A stretch of 32,000 nucleotides of DNA from Promethearchaeota archaeon (GTDB lineage: Archaea; Asgardarchaeota; Lokiarchaeia; Sigyniarchaeales; SOKP01), in contig JAUWGH010000004.1 in assembly GCA_030606485.1 (NCBI GenBank), positions 360,001 through 392,000 on the forward strand, given 5' to 3'. Shown piece by piece: positions 9,226 through 18,536 of the stretch. The translations under genes were made by a program, and so were the position numbers. The notes below the pieces were generated by a model. It was not told where the DNA came from. It saw nothing but the letters and a program-made list of their open reading frames with translations, and made no database searches. How positions within the stretch are numbered: position 1 is the stretch's first letter; each line of letters starts with the position of its first letter.

Positions 9226-9828
9226 TTGAAAGCTAAAGTTTGTATTATTTCTGGAACACCCGGAACGGGGAAAACTTTTTTGACAAAACTAATTAGTAGA
9301 AAAATAAACACATTTTGTGTTTTTTTAAATGAATTAATTATTAATGAAAGACACACATTGAATTATGATAATGCAAGAGAAACATGGGTAGTAAATGAAA
9401 AAACATTGATTCCGCGATTAAAAGAAATCATAAAACTAGAGAAAAGAAGTAAAAATTATGAATTAATTATCATTGAAGGTCATTTATCCGATTTAGTTCC
9501 TAGTAAATTAATTGATTATGGAATTGTTCTTAGATGCCATCCCAATGTATTAAATAGTAGATTGGAAAAAAGGAATTATAAAGAGGGAAAAATTAAGGAA
9601 AATGTACAAGCCGAAATTTTAGGTGATTGTGTTTCTTTCCTATTAGAAAAAAAGATAATAAAAACGATTATGGAAATTGATACAACAAATGAAAATTTTG
9701 AAGAAATTGCTGAAGATATGGTTTCAATAATTAAAAATGATAAAGGTTTTGAAAAATATGCGTTAGGAAAGGTAGACTGGCTAGAAGAGTTATTTACAAG
9801 TAATCGTATGAATGAATTTTTTGAATAA
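9226..9828 (+). CDS. Atypical adenylate kinase, AK6/Fap7/hCINAP family
   Basis: P-loop GTPGTGKT, hhhhEGH motif, LRCHP..L..RL..R.Y...KI.ENVQAEI; TTG start. Confidence 0.9.
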   Translation: MKAKVCIISGTPGTGKTFLTKLISRKINTFCVFLNELIINERHTLNYDNARETWVVNEKTLIPRLKEIIKLEKRSKNYELIIIEGHLSDLVPSKLIDYGIVLRCHPNVLNSRLEKRNYKEGKIKENVQAEILGDCVSFLLEKKIIKTIMEIDTTNENFEEIAEDMVSIIKNDKGFEKYALGKVDWLEELFTSNRMNEFFE

Positions 9829-9891
9829 AAATAAAATTTTGGGTGCTTTTATTTATTATGAAAAGAAGAAAAATTAAAGGCTAACTATTAA

Positions 9892-11532
9892 TTGCATTTC
9901 GAGATTTTAGAAACGGATGGACTCGCAAGAATTGCGAAAATTGAAGTGAACGGTAAAAATCTAATAACACCTAATTTATTTGCTGTAGTTAAACCTTCAG
10001 GGAATTTAATTACCCCGTATGAGCTTAAAAGATTAGGGGTCGATTGTATATTTACAAATGCATATATATTATATCAAAATGAAATTTTAAAAGAGAGAGC
10101 ATTAAGGAATGGCATTCACAAATTACTAGATTATGATGGTATTATTGCAACAGATTCCGGAGCTTTTCAGCAATATATGTATAATGACAAAATAGATATT
10201 AATCCAGAGGACATTGAGCTTTTCCAAGAGAATATTGGTTCAGATTTTCCTGTGATTTTAGATATCCCAGTGCAACCAAATGATACTTACGAAGTTGCAA
10301 AAAATAAAGTTTTAAAAACTATTGAAAGAGCAAAAGAAAACATAAAAAGAAGGAAATATACTAAATCTGAATGGATGGGACCAATTCATGGCGGAAAATA
10401 TAAAGATTTGCTCGAAATGAGTGCTAAAGAAATGAGTAAATTAGATTTTGGTATATATGCTATTGGAGGGTTAGTTAAATTTTTTATCGATTATCGTTTT
10501 GATTTAGTAGTTGATATTTTATTAACTGTTAAGAATAATATTATTCCAAATAGACCATTACATATGTTTGGTTTAGGACTCCCTCAATTTTTTTCTTTAG
10601 CTATTGCTTGTGGATGTGATTTCATGGATTCGGCAGCTTTTATGTTATACGCTAAAGACGAGCGATATTTTACCCTATCCACCGGAACTAAAAAATTAGG
10701 TGAATTGGAAGAGTTTCCGTGCGACTGTCCAGTTTGTTTTAACTTCACTCCCAAAGAACTGATGACTTTCAACAAAAAATTAAGAACAGAATTATTGGCA
10801 AAACACAATTTACAAGTATCTTATTCAGAATTAAAGACAATTAGACAAGCTATAAGGGAGGGGAAATTATGGGAATTAGTAGAAATAAGAACTCGTTCCC
10901 ATCCAAGTTTAATTAGAGGTTTAAACATATTAAAGAAATATTCTGGTTTTATTGAAAAATATGAAAAAAGATATAAAAAAGGAGGTTTATTTTACATTTC
11001 TTCAGAAACACTTAATCGTCCAATAATTACACGCCTAATAAAGTATATAAAAAACACTTACATTGTTCCTGAATCAGTTAAATACGTTATAATATTACCA
11101 GAATTAGATGTTAATAGAGAGACTTCTCCAATAATAAAAAAATGGCTTAATTTTATAGAGAATTTTAAGGGAATAAATAGAAAATTGATCCATGTGATTT
11201 TTATGACAACACTCTTTGGAACAGTACCTTTAGAATTGAGTGATTCTTATCCATTTGGTCAGAATGAATCAATTGCATTTCCAGATCAATCTAGTGAGCT
11301 ATATAAAAAATCTGTAAGGGATTCGGTAGATTTTTTCAAAAATTATGCCAAATTTTATCAAAAATGCGGAATTTTGGTTCCAAAAAGCTATTATAATCAA
11401 TTTAATGAAAAAAAAGAATTTATTTCCCATCCAATAGAAGACTTAAAGCCTTATTTAGAAAATAACTTTCATAACAATCTGATTGAAAGCGATTCACTAG
11501 AAGAAATTTTAATTTTTTTTATTGAAAATTAA
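9892..11532 (+). CDS. tgtA: Archaeosine tRNA-guanine transglycosylase (7-cyano-7-deazaguanine tRNA-ribosyltransferase)
   Basis: ATDSGAFQ, RPLHMFGLG.P, MDSAA, Zn site CDCPVC...HN, LWELVE.R.RSHP. Confidence 0.9.
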   Translation: MHFEILETDGLARIAKIEVNGKNLITPNLFAVVKPSGNLITPYELKRLGVDCIFTNAYILYQNEILKERALRNGIHKLLDYDGIIATDSGAFQQYMYNDKIDINPEDIELFQENIGSDFPVILDIPVQPNDTYEVAKNKVLKTIERAKENIKRRKYTKSEWMGPIHGGKYKDLLEMSAKEMSKLDFGIYAIGGLVKFFIDYRFDLVVDILLTVKNNIIPNRPLHMFGLGLPQFFSLAIACGCDFMDSAAFMLYAKDERYFTLSTGTKKLGELEEFPCDCPVCFNFTPKELMTFNKKLRTELLAKHNLQVSYSELKTIRQAIREGKLWELVEIRTRSHPSLIRGLNILKKYSGFIEKYEKRYKKGGLFYISSETLNRPIITRLIKYIKNTYIVPESVKYVIILPELDVNRETSPIIKKWLNFIENFKGINRKLIHVIFMTTLFGTVPLELSDSYPFGQNESIAFPDQSSELYKKSVRDSVDFFKNYAKFYQKCGILVPKSYYNQFNEKKEFISHPIEDLKPYLENNFHNNLIESDSLEEILIFFIEN

Positions 11533-11545
11533 TTTTTAATAAAAT

Positions 11546-13108
11546 TTGTGGTTTAAGGTGGAGTCTTTAGAAATTATAAAAGCATTCGGCCATGCAAATA
11601 TCCTAGGGGCACATAAAACAACTATTGAGATTACAAAAGATAAAGATTTAACTTTAAGAGGAGAGTGCATAATTGGAATTAAAGCAGATAAAGCATGTTC
11701 TGATTTAAATATTAAATTAAAACAAGAAATTAGGAAAGAAAGTAAATTTAAAGTTGTAATAAAATTAAATGATATAAGTGAAACTTTTTATGGATGGGGT
11801 CATAAAGATTTAAAATTAATAAATTCTAGAGATATCGTTTTTAGAAAGAGTAATTTCATTTGTGACCGAACAATTTTAATAAATTGCACCAAATCAAGTC
11901 AAGATTTAAGCCGCATCTTGATTGAGAAATTAAAAAATGAAAATCAACTAATTGAAATGACTATTGAATTATCAGATGAAGAAGAAAATATTCATTATTT
12001 AAAGATTGAGAGAGAAAAATCAAACTCCATTAAAAAATTATTTTCAAAAAAAAAAATTATCGAAAAAAAATATCGCATTTTAAGGAACCAAGATTATGTT
12101 TTATTTCCTTTAAAAGAGGACATTTACACTCAAGAAAAAATTATAAAAATAATTGAACAAAAATCATTTATGGAGATAATTGTTAGCAAACCAATAATTA
12201 ATGAGAAATATAAATTTAAAGATATAATCGGGGAATTAAAAAATAAATTAGATAGCAACTATTTGTATTTAATTCCAAGATCTTTTGACATAATTGGGTC
12301 AAAAAAATCAAAAAGATTTGCAATTATTGAATTTCCAGAAAGTACAGATATCGAAATAGAAAAATTAGACCAAATTAAAAAGACAATAGCCGTTGCGTTA
12401 CTGAATGTAAATAAAAGTATTAATTCAGTTTTTGAGAAAAAAAGTGAAAGAGAAGGAACATATAGAACTAGAAGATTAAAACTTTTAGCAGGTGAGGAAA
12501 GATCAGAAACAATACACAAGGAAAATAACTGTTTTTTTAAATTGGACATTAAAAAAGTATTTTTTTCTCCCAGACTAGTTCATGAAAGGCAGAGAATAAC
12601 GCATTCAGGTATTAATGAGAATAATATCGTTTTGGATTTATTTGCTGGGGTAGGTTCGTTTTCAATTCAGATAGCAAAAAAGTGCAATTCGAGAATTTTT
12701 GCTATGGATATAAATCCTGATGCAATTAAATACTTGGAGGAAAACATTAAAATTAATAAAGTTGAGGATAAAATTACTTGTTTTCTCATGGATGTTAAAA
12801 ATCTTCTGAATAAAAATAATGATCTAGGAAAAAGACTCAAAAATAAAATGGATAGAATAATTATGAATTTGCCTAAAAATTCAATAGATTATTTAGAAGT
12901 AGCATGTAATATGATAAAAAAGAAAGAAGGGATTATTCATTTTTATAGTATATCTGGAGAACCTTATCCTTTAAAAAATATCAATACAAAATTTAAATTA
13001 AAATTAGAAGAATTGAATTTTAATATTGAGAAAGTCTTAACAACAAAAATTGTTAAAACATATAGTCCCTATAAATATCTAACTGTGATGGATGTAAAAA
13101 TCAAATAA
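11546..13108 (+). CDS. trm5: DUF371 domain fused to a Trm5/Met-10+-like tRNA G37 methyltransferase
   Basis: N-terminal GH.NI...HKTTIEITKD..LT.RG.CIIG is the DUF371 pattern. C-terminal RSFDIIG, YRTR.L..LAGE, FFSPRL..ER, DLFAGVG.F, DINP.A and NLP are Trm5-family motifs. One uninterrupted frame. Confidence 0.8.
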   Translation: MWFKVESLEIIKAFGHANILGAHKTTIEITKDKDLTLRGECIIGIKADKACSDLNIKLKQEIRKESKFKVVIKLNDISETFYGWGHKDLKLINSRDIVFRKSNFICDRTILINCTKSSQDLSRILIEKLKNENQLIEMTIELSDEEENIHYLKIEREKSNSIKKLFSKKKIIEKKYRILRNQDYVLFPLKEDIYTQEKIIKIIEQKSFMEIIVSKPIINEKYKFKDIIGELKNKLDSNYLYLIPRSFDIIGSKKSKRFAIIEFPESTDIEIEKLDQIKKTIAVALLNVNKSINSVFEKKSEREGTYRTRRLKLLAGEERSETIHKENNCFFKLDIKKVFFSPRLVHERQRITHSGINENNIVLDLFAGVGSFSIQIAKKCNSRIFAMDINPDAIKYLEENIKINKVEDKITCFLMDVKNLLNKNNDLGKRLKNKMDRIIMNLPKNSIDYLEVACNMIKKKEGIIHFYSISGEPYPLKNINTKFKLKLEELNFNIEKVLTTKIVKTYSPYKYLTVMDVKIK

Positions 13109-13121
13109 GTAAATATGGTAA

Positions 13122-14168
13122 TTATGATACCTTTCTACCTCTTATGAACGGTTCCATAATTGTTGGTTTAAATAAATTAATTAAATCGATTGAATCAGTA
13201 AAAATTCCAATAGTTTTTTTATGCCTTGTTATTCCGATAGAAATAGTAGCGGAATCTATATTTAAAGCAAAAATACCTTCATTAGAATAATTAATAATTT
13301 GATATCTTTTTCTTATTTCTTGAATAAATTCATTATCGGCTTGTTCATCAATTTTTCCTGCAACCCAAACATTTACATTTTCATGTAAATTATTTAGAAT
13401 TTCTAATAAACCATATCTTTCGAGATCCCGAATATTTGGTAAAACTAATCGAATATTTCGCTTAGTGTTTTCTATATGGTTTTTGAAATAATTTTCCATA
13501 GCAGAAATATCTGAAATTATTCCTGTTCCTTGAAAGTTAATATCTTGTTTAAATTCTACTATTTGAGTTTCTTCGTGATCTTTCCGAATTATTTTTTGAA
13601 GTTCTGCCACTTTTTGCTTATAATTCACCAATTCTTCAAAAATTAACGTTCTGGTTTCTTCCAACTCTTTCTGATTATTAAGATTTTTTTCAAAATCCAT
13701 TTGTTTTATTAAAATTTGACTTAAAGCCTTGTTAAATTTGGCTTTTAAATCAGCAATTTTTACCTCTCTCTCTTGCATTTTAAGTTTTAAATTAGCATAT
13801 TCTTGAAGACTTTCATTCTTTACTTCTAAGATTTGTGCTTTTGCATTCAAAAGATCTTCTCGATCTTTTAATAAATATTCATTCTTTTGTCTATATTCAT
13901 ATAATTGTTGTTTGAGTTTCATTTGCTCTAAAGATAAAATTTTAACCTTTTCTTCCATTTCTTCTGTGTTTTTTATTTTAATCTCCATTAATTTCATTTC
14001 TGAATTTATTGCTTTCAAATCTCCTTCAAATTTAACTTTTGCAATTTTGGTTTCATTTAATTCTGACTTCAATTGTGATATTTTTTCATTTAAATGGATA
14101 ATAAAACCTTCTTTTTCTTTTAATTCTTTCTGGAGGTTTTTTATTTCAAGTTCATTTTCTAAACTCAT
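13122..14168 (-). CDS. Hypothetical protein: long N-terminal coiled coil plus C-terminal alpha/beta domain (PLD-fold/TrmB-effector-like by pattern)
   Basis: Heptad-rich K/E/L/Q sequence for about 200 aa, then alternating strands and helices (IRLVLP..., VNVWVAG, IFALNID..ISIG, IGIFTDS). The fold call is an inference. Confidence 0.6.
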   Translation of the reverse strand: MSLENELEIKNLQKELKEKEGFIIHLNEKISQLKSELNETKIAKVKFEGDLKAINSEMKLMEIKIKNTEEMEEKVKILSLEQMKLKQQLYEYRQKNEYLLKDREDLLNAKAQILEVKNESLQEYANLKLKMQEREVKIADLKAKFNKALSQILIKQMDFEKNLNNQKELEETRTLIFEELVNYKQKVAELQKIIRKDHEETQIVEFKQDINFQGTGIISDISAMENYFKNHIENTKRNIRLVLPNIRDLERYGLLEILNNLHENVNVWVAGKIDEQADNEFIQEIRKRYQIINYSNEGIFALNIDSATISIGITRHKKTIGIFTDSIDLINLFKPTIMEPFIRGRKVS

Positions 14169-14533
14169 TTATTTCTTCACAAATAAAAGATGATTATTAT
14201 TATAAGTTTAGAGAAGCGATTATTAAAACTCTTTTGAATAATAAAAAATTTTTTATATTATTAATTATCATCGAGAAATTTATCTTTTAAGTTTATTAAT
14301 TTAATTAAAATTGGCCAAAAAACCATTTCGTATTATTTAGACACTGGGTTTAATAGGATTGAATGTTTTAAAATTAACTTAATGATTTTACCTTTTATTG
14401 TTTTTTTTATGTTTTAAAACACCAAAATTATTTTTACAATGAAATCATATCATCTTTTTAATTTAAAAGAAAAATTTAACTTAAATGACCTTTTCTTTAA
14501 AAATAGATTTAGATTAAAAATAATTCTATCAAT

Positions 14534-14642
14534 GGACCTATAGCCTAGCCTGGATTTAAAGATTTATTAAGACCTTCAAATGGGCACATAGGGTATCGGA
14601 CTTCTAATCCGAGGGTCGGCGGTTCAAATCCGCCTAGGTCCG
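14534..14642 (+). tRNA. tRNA-Arg(UCU) with a 34-nt D-loop intron (14554-14587, about position 19/20)
   Basis: Acceptor GGACCTA/TAGGTCC-G, anticodon arm TCGGA-CTTCTAA-TCCGA, T arm GGCGG-TTCAAAT-CCGCC. Removing the insert restores D-loop AGCCTGGATA and a 75-nt tRNA. BHB-like pairing: CCTA/TAGG, bulge ACA, helix GCCT/GGGC. Confidence 0.9.
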
Positions 14643-14937
14643 CTAATTTAAGGATTCCTAAAATTCTTGAAGTAATTGAACTATTAATATAATATTGAGT
14701 TATCTAATCCCCTTCAATTACTTCTTGGAGGTGTTAATGATTCTATATGTTCAAATCGTTATAATTATTCTATTTTTAGAATTAGAGTAAGGTTTTTTTG
14801 ATATTGTCGGTAATATACTCAAATAAAATCGTGTAAAATTAATAATTCATTAATATCTTAATTTTATTAAGAATAATTAGTTATTTCTTTTTATAAATCT
14901 AATATTAAATTGAATTAATAATTTTAAAGTTATTTTT

Positions 14938-15654
14938 TTGATAAAAAGAAAGAATTTTCATCATAAGGGATTAGTTTATTCCTTTAATTGGAATTTGGAA
15001 AATCATAAAAAATTAAAAGAGATTTCAAATAACCCAGATATTATTAAACTTTGGAATTTCTTTGAAAGAATTGGAAAAGGAGATATACCGAATCAACTAT
15101 TTAATGATTATAATCTTCCAAGAATATCACAATTTAAATTATCAGGAATTAGTCCTAAATTACTTGGATCCTTTAAAACAAAATTGATAAGACAAGGAAA
15201 AATAAAACGATTAGATGAAACCTCTAAATATGCTAAAATGGTTCAAAGCGTATTTAGAAATTTTAGACAGAACGGTTTAAAAGAAAAACCCAATCATGAA
15301 GCCGTATTAAAAAATATTCTCATAAAAGATGAGGAATCCCTTGCTATAGAAATTCCAGTTTGGAAAAGAGGTCAAAATGGATCTTTAACTGGACATATTG
15401 ATTTAATTCAAGCAAATGAAAATTTAATTAAAATTATTGACTATAAACCAGAGGGAAGGTTCCTGTGGAGCCTACCACAAGTAGCAACATATGGAAATTT
15501 AATAAAAAATCTTTTAAAAATCAAGAAATTACGTTGCATTTCATTTAGTTTGAGGGAAGTTTGGGAATATGATCCAGAGATATTATTATCAGACATCAAG
15601 GATTTCTTAGTTAATCATGGTTATGGAGATAGAAAGTGGGAGAAATATTTTTAA
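14938..15654 (+). CDS. PD-(D/E)XK nuclease family protein (RecB/Cas4-like motifs, no Fe-S cysteines)
   Basis: AIEIPV...LTGHIDLI...IIDYKP...QVATY matches the E / G-x-x-D / D-Y-K / Q-x-x-x-Y motif series of RecB-family nucleases. Confidence 0.8.
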   Translation: MIKRKNFHHKGLVYSFNWNLENHKKLKEISNNPDIIKLWNFFERIGKGDIPNQLFNDYNLPRISQFKLSGISPKLLGSFKTKLIRQGKIKRLDETSKYAKMVQSVFRNFRQNGLKEKPNHEAVLKNILIKDEESLAIEIPVWKRGQNGSLTGHIDLIQANENLIKIIDYKPEGRFLWSLPQVATYGNLIKNLLKIKKLRCISFSLREVWEYDPEILLSDIKDFLVNHGYGDRKWEKYF

Positions 15655-15678
15655 AAAAATAATTTTAAAGTAATTATA

Positions 15679-15957
15679 TTATAAATTATTTAATTTTCCT
15701 TTTTTAATTGGCTTTTTCTGTTCTTCTGATATTAAAAAACCTTTTAGAATAAAATAAAGGAGTGAAATACAAATTAATTCAATAATTATTGAACAAAATA
15801 AAATAATTAATCCGTCAAATTCAAGAAATCTCAAAATTGCGGCAACAGCAACTCCACTAACCGCCAAACTAAAAACCAACATAGCCATAATAATTTCTGA
15901 TTTTGATATAATGAGATGTTTGAACTGGTTTTTTAGCCAGATAGTGAAGGTCCCCAA
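15679..15957 (-). CDS. Small two-TM membrane protein, hypothetical
   Basis: Two hydrophobic stretches and a basic C-terminal tail; start uncertain (TTG versus internal ATG). Confidence 0.6.
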   Translation of the reverse strand: MGTFTIWLKNQFKHLIISKSEIIMAMLVFSLAVSGVAVAAILRFLEFDGLIILFCSIIIELICISLLYFILKGFLISEEQKKPIKKGKLNNL

Positions 15958-16130
15958 TTTTTTGCACTTATTATGTTTAAAAGATATTTAATTAAGAAAA
16001 ATTAATTTATTAAAATAATTTAAGATTTATTTAAATCCTTAGGTTTTTTTAAATTTCTTTAATTTTCATTCAGAAATTTGTTTTAATAGGAGAATTAATA
16101 ATTAAGAATTAAATACTTACTTTTATTATA

Positions 16131-18536
16131 TTATTTTTTTCGATGCGTTTTGAATTTTTCATATAATGCTTTATCCAAAAATTTTCCGATTTTTTTTGAT
16201 ATACTACTAGCAATTCCCCAACGTTCTCCTTCAATCATTACTTTAAAATCTTCAGAAGTTGGCTCACGATTCAGTCTTGTTTGTAAAATTGGAGTTGCAA
16301 TTTTAATTACTATTTCTTTTATGTCTTCATACGCCGGAATTCGGATAGGATCCCAGCGTTCTTTTATTTTCTGTAATGCAAAATAATAATATTGAGAGAA
16401 TAATTCAATAGGATCTCCTTTTAATTCACTATGAAGTTTTAAATTTTCAGCTGCTGTTTTAGTATCTTTTTCATTCCAATATAATTGATTAGGATTTATT
16501 CCTGGACTGGTAATTCTCATTAATGATGAGGTTATTTTTCTCTCTATCCAATTTAACGTGCTAATTTCTTGTTTCTCTCTTATTTCTTTTTTCTTCTCTT
16601 CTTCTTTTTGTTTCTTTTGTTCATAGATTTCTTCAACTCTGAGTTTTCTAAGCTGTTCATATGTTTTTAGTCTTTGAATTAAATCATATGCAATTACATA
16701 AGAAACTGGAGAAATATATTCTTCTTTTAATGTTAATGAAACAAAATCCTCAAAAATTGGACTAACTTCAGTTTTTAATTCATTAATACCTTCTTTTAAT
16801 GATTTATCTGTAAGTCTTGCCAAAATGAAACCATTTACTAAGAAAGGATTGTTCTGTGCGTTAAACATCTTACTTAGCTCTTTTTGTCTTCTTAACATTC
16901 TCTCAATCATTAGCTCTTCAATTTTAACACTAACCCATCCTTCAGTACTTGTTGTACCGAATATTCTTTCTAATCCTTTTAAAAATAATGATTTATCATC
17001 GCTGATTTTAATATAAGCTTCAAGAATTCGACCCAGGTGTCGAATAATTTGTGAAAAAATATTAAAATATATTTCTCTTGCGAGATTTGTTATTATTTCT
17101 TTGTATTCTAATATTTTTAATAATTGAGAATAATTTTGAAGATTATATTTTTTTATAATTCGATTATTAATAATTTGGTGCTTAAGATTATATGTTTTTA
17201 ATTCTTTTGGTGAGGTTCCAATATCATTACAAATTCTTTCAATTATTTTTTGATTTTTATCATCTGAGAATAATTCCTTTAAATCCATATATTTTAATCC
17301 ATTTTCATTTTCCAAGGCAGTTAGTTCTTGAGGATGAGTCTCTTTTAAATGATTATAAGAAAGTTTTGCAAGAATTATTGGATTCTTTTGAGGGTCTCGC
17401 AATTTATTAATATCTGATTTATCAATATTAAAATTCTTCATTGTTTCTATAACATTTTCTACAACTTCAATTGAAATTTTATTAAGATGGTTAAGGTTAA
17501 AAACACCAAACTTATTTAGAACAAAAATGGTATCGGAAAAAGAATAATTCATTAAACTTTGAAAGTAATAGACAAAATCATTAACATTTTTACTATTTAT
17601 TTGAGCAAGATCATTAAATATGAATCCAATTATTTCTTTCTCAAAATCTTCATAATTTTTTTCTTGTTGAAGACCTTCTTCAATTTTATTTACAAGTTCT
17701 TGTTTAGTTTGATTTGCATTTAAAAATAAATTTAAAGCACGTTTTGAAATAGGAAAAGTATCAAAATTAAATTCTAAAGCTTTTCTTAAAATCATTCTAA
17801 TAGACATTGTTTGCATTTGGAGATCTTTAAATGACTTGAATTCAAATTTATTTTTTAACGTTTCTTCTAAGCGTGAAATTAAGGATAATTCAATATATTT
17901 ATCTTCTTTTTCTTTTAAGGCTAGTTCCTTCTCAATCTCAATAGAAATGCTTTTTAATTCTGATCCTTCTTCAATAATATCGCCTTTAATTTGATGGGTA
18001 AACCCTAAAAGATCTCCAATAAAATCATAGAAATGATATTCAGGATAATTTTGTATTAGTAGGACAAGAAAATCTTCCATTTCTTGTTTAATTTTCTGTT
18101 CTTCTTGTTCTTTTTGAAACCCAGCCAACTTATCATAATTTAGTAAATAGCTTATTATGTTCTTTCTCAGATTTAACTTCTTATTATTTAGTTTTACCTC
18201 ATAATCAAATGAATCTTTTGCAAATGATTTTATTTCTTTAAATAAAGTATCTTTTTCCATTTTTTCAATTTTATATGTAGATTCCACAGAGATTTGAGCT
18301 AAATTAGATGAATCTTGTATTCTTATACCTAAATTATGATATGCATGGATTGCAGCAGCCGCTATAAGCACATTATGAAGTTTATTTTTAGTCCCAATTA
18401 ATTCGAAAATTTTCTGTTTATCTGCCTCACGTTTCAAGTGTGAAATTAGTAAATATATAGTTTGAAAATATTTTTGAGTGCTCTCAGCTGCTGTAGTTTT
18501 TCTTTTTATTCCAGAAATGCTCAATATGACATCCAC
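16131..18536 (-). CDS. Hypothetical alpha-helical protein (801 aa)
   Basis: Long intact ORF whose start overlaps the stop of the upstream 771-aa gene; no motif recognised. Confidence 0.8.
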   Translation of the reverse strand: MDVILSISGIKRKTTAAESTQKYFQTIYLLISHLKREADKQKIFELIGTKNKLHNVLIAAAAIHAYHNLGIRIQDSSNLAQISVESTYKIEKMEKDTLFKEIKSFAKDSFDYEVKLNNKKLNLRKNIISYLLNYDKLAGFQKEQEEQKIKQEMEDFLVLLIQNYPEYHFYDFIGDLLGFTHQIKGDIIEEGSELKSISIEIEKELALKEKEDKYIELSLISRLEETLKNKFEFKSFKDLQMQTMSIRMILRKALEFNFDTFPISKRALNLFLNANQTKQELVNKIEEGLQQEKNYEDFEKEIIGFIFNDLAQINSKNVNDFVYYFQSLMNYSFSDTIFVLNKFGVFNLNHLNKISIEVVENVIETMKNFNIDKSDINKLRDPQKNPIILAKLSYNHLKETHPQELTALENENGLKYMDLKELFSDDKNQKIIERICNDIGTSPKELKTYNLKHQIINNRIIKKYNLQNYSQLLKILEYKEIITNLAREIYFNIFSQIIRHLGRILEAYIKISDDKSLFLKGLERIFGTTSTEGWVSVKIEELMIERMLRRQKELSKMFNAQNNPFLVNGFILARLTDKSLKEGINELKTEVSPIFEDFVSLTLKEEYISPVSYVIAYDLIQRLKTYEQLRKLRVEEIYEQKKQKEEEKKKEIREKQEISTLNWIERKITSSLMRITSPGINPNQLYWNEKDTKTAAENLKLHSELKGDPIELFSQYYYFALQKIKERWDPIRIPAYEDIKEIVIKIATPILQTRLNREPTSEDFKVMIEGERWGIASSISKKIGKFLDKALYEKFKTHRKK

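Noticed and set aside
16033-16045. AAATCCTTAGGT as a possible attR copy of the tRNA-Arg 3' end
   Set aside because: Short gapped match in AT-rich DNA, with no integrase nearby.
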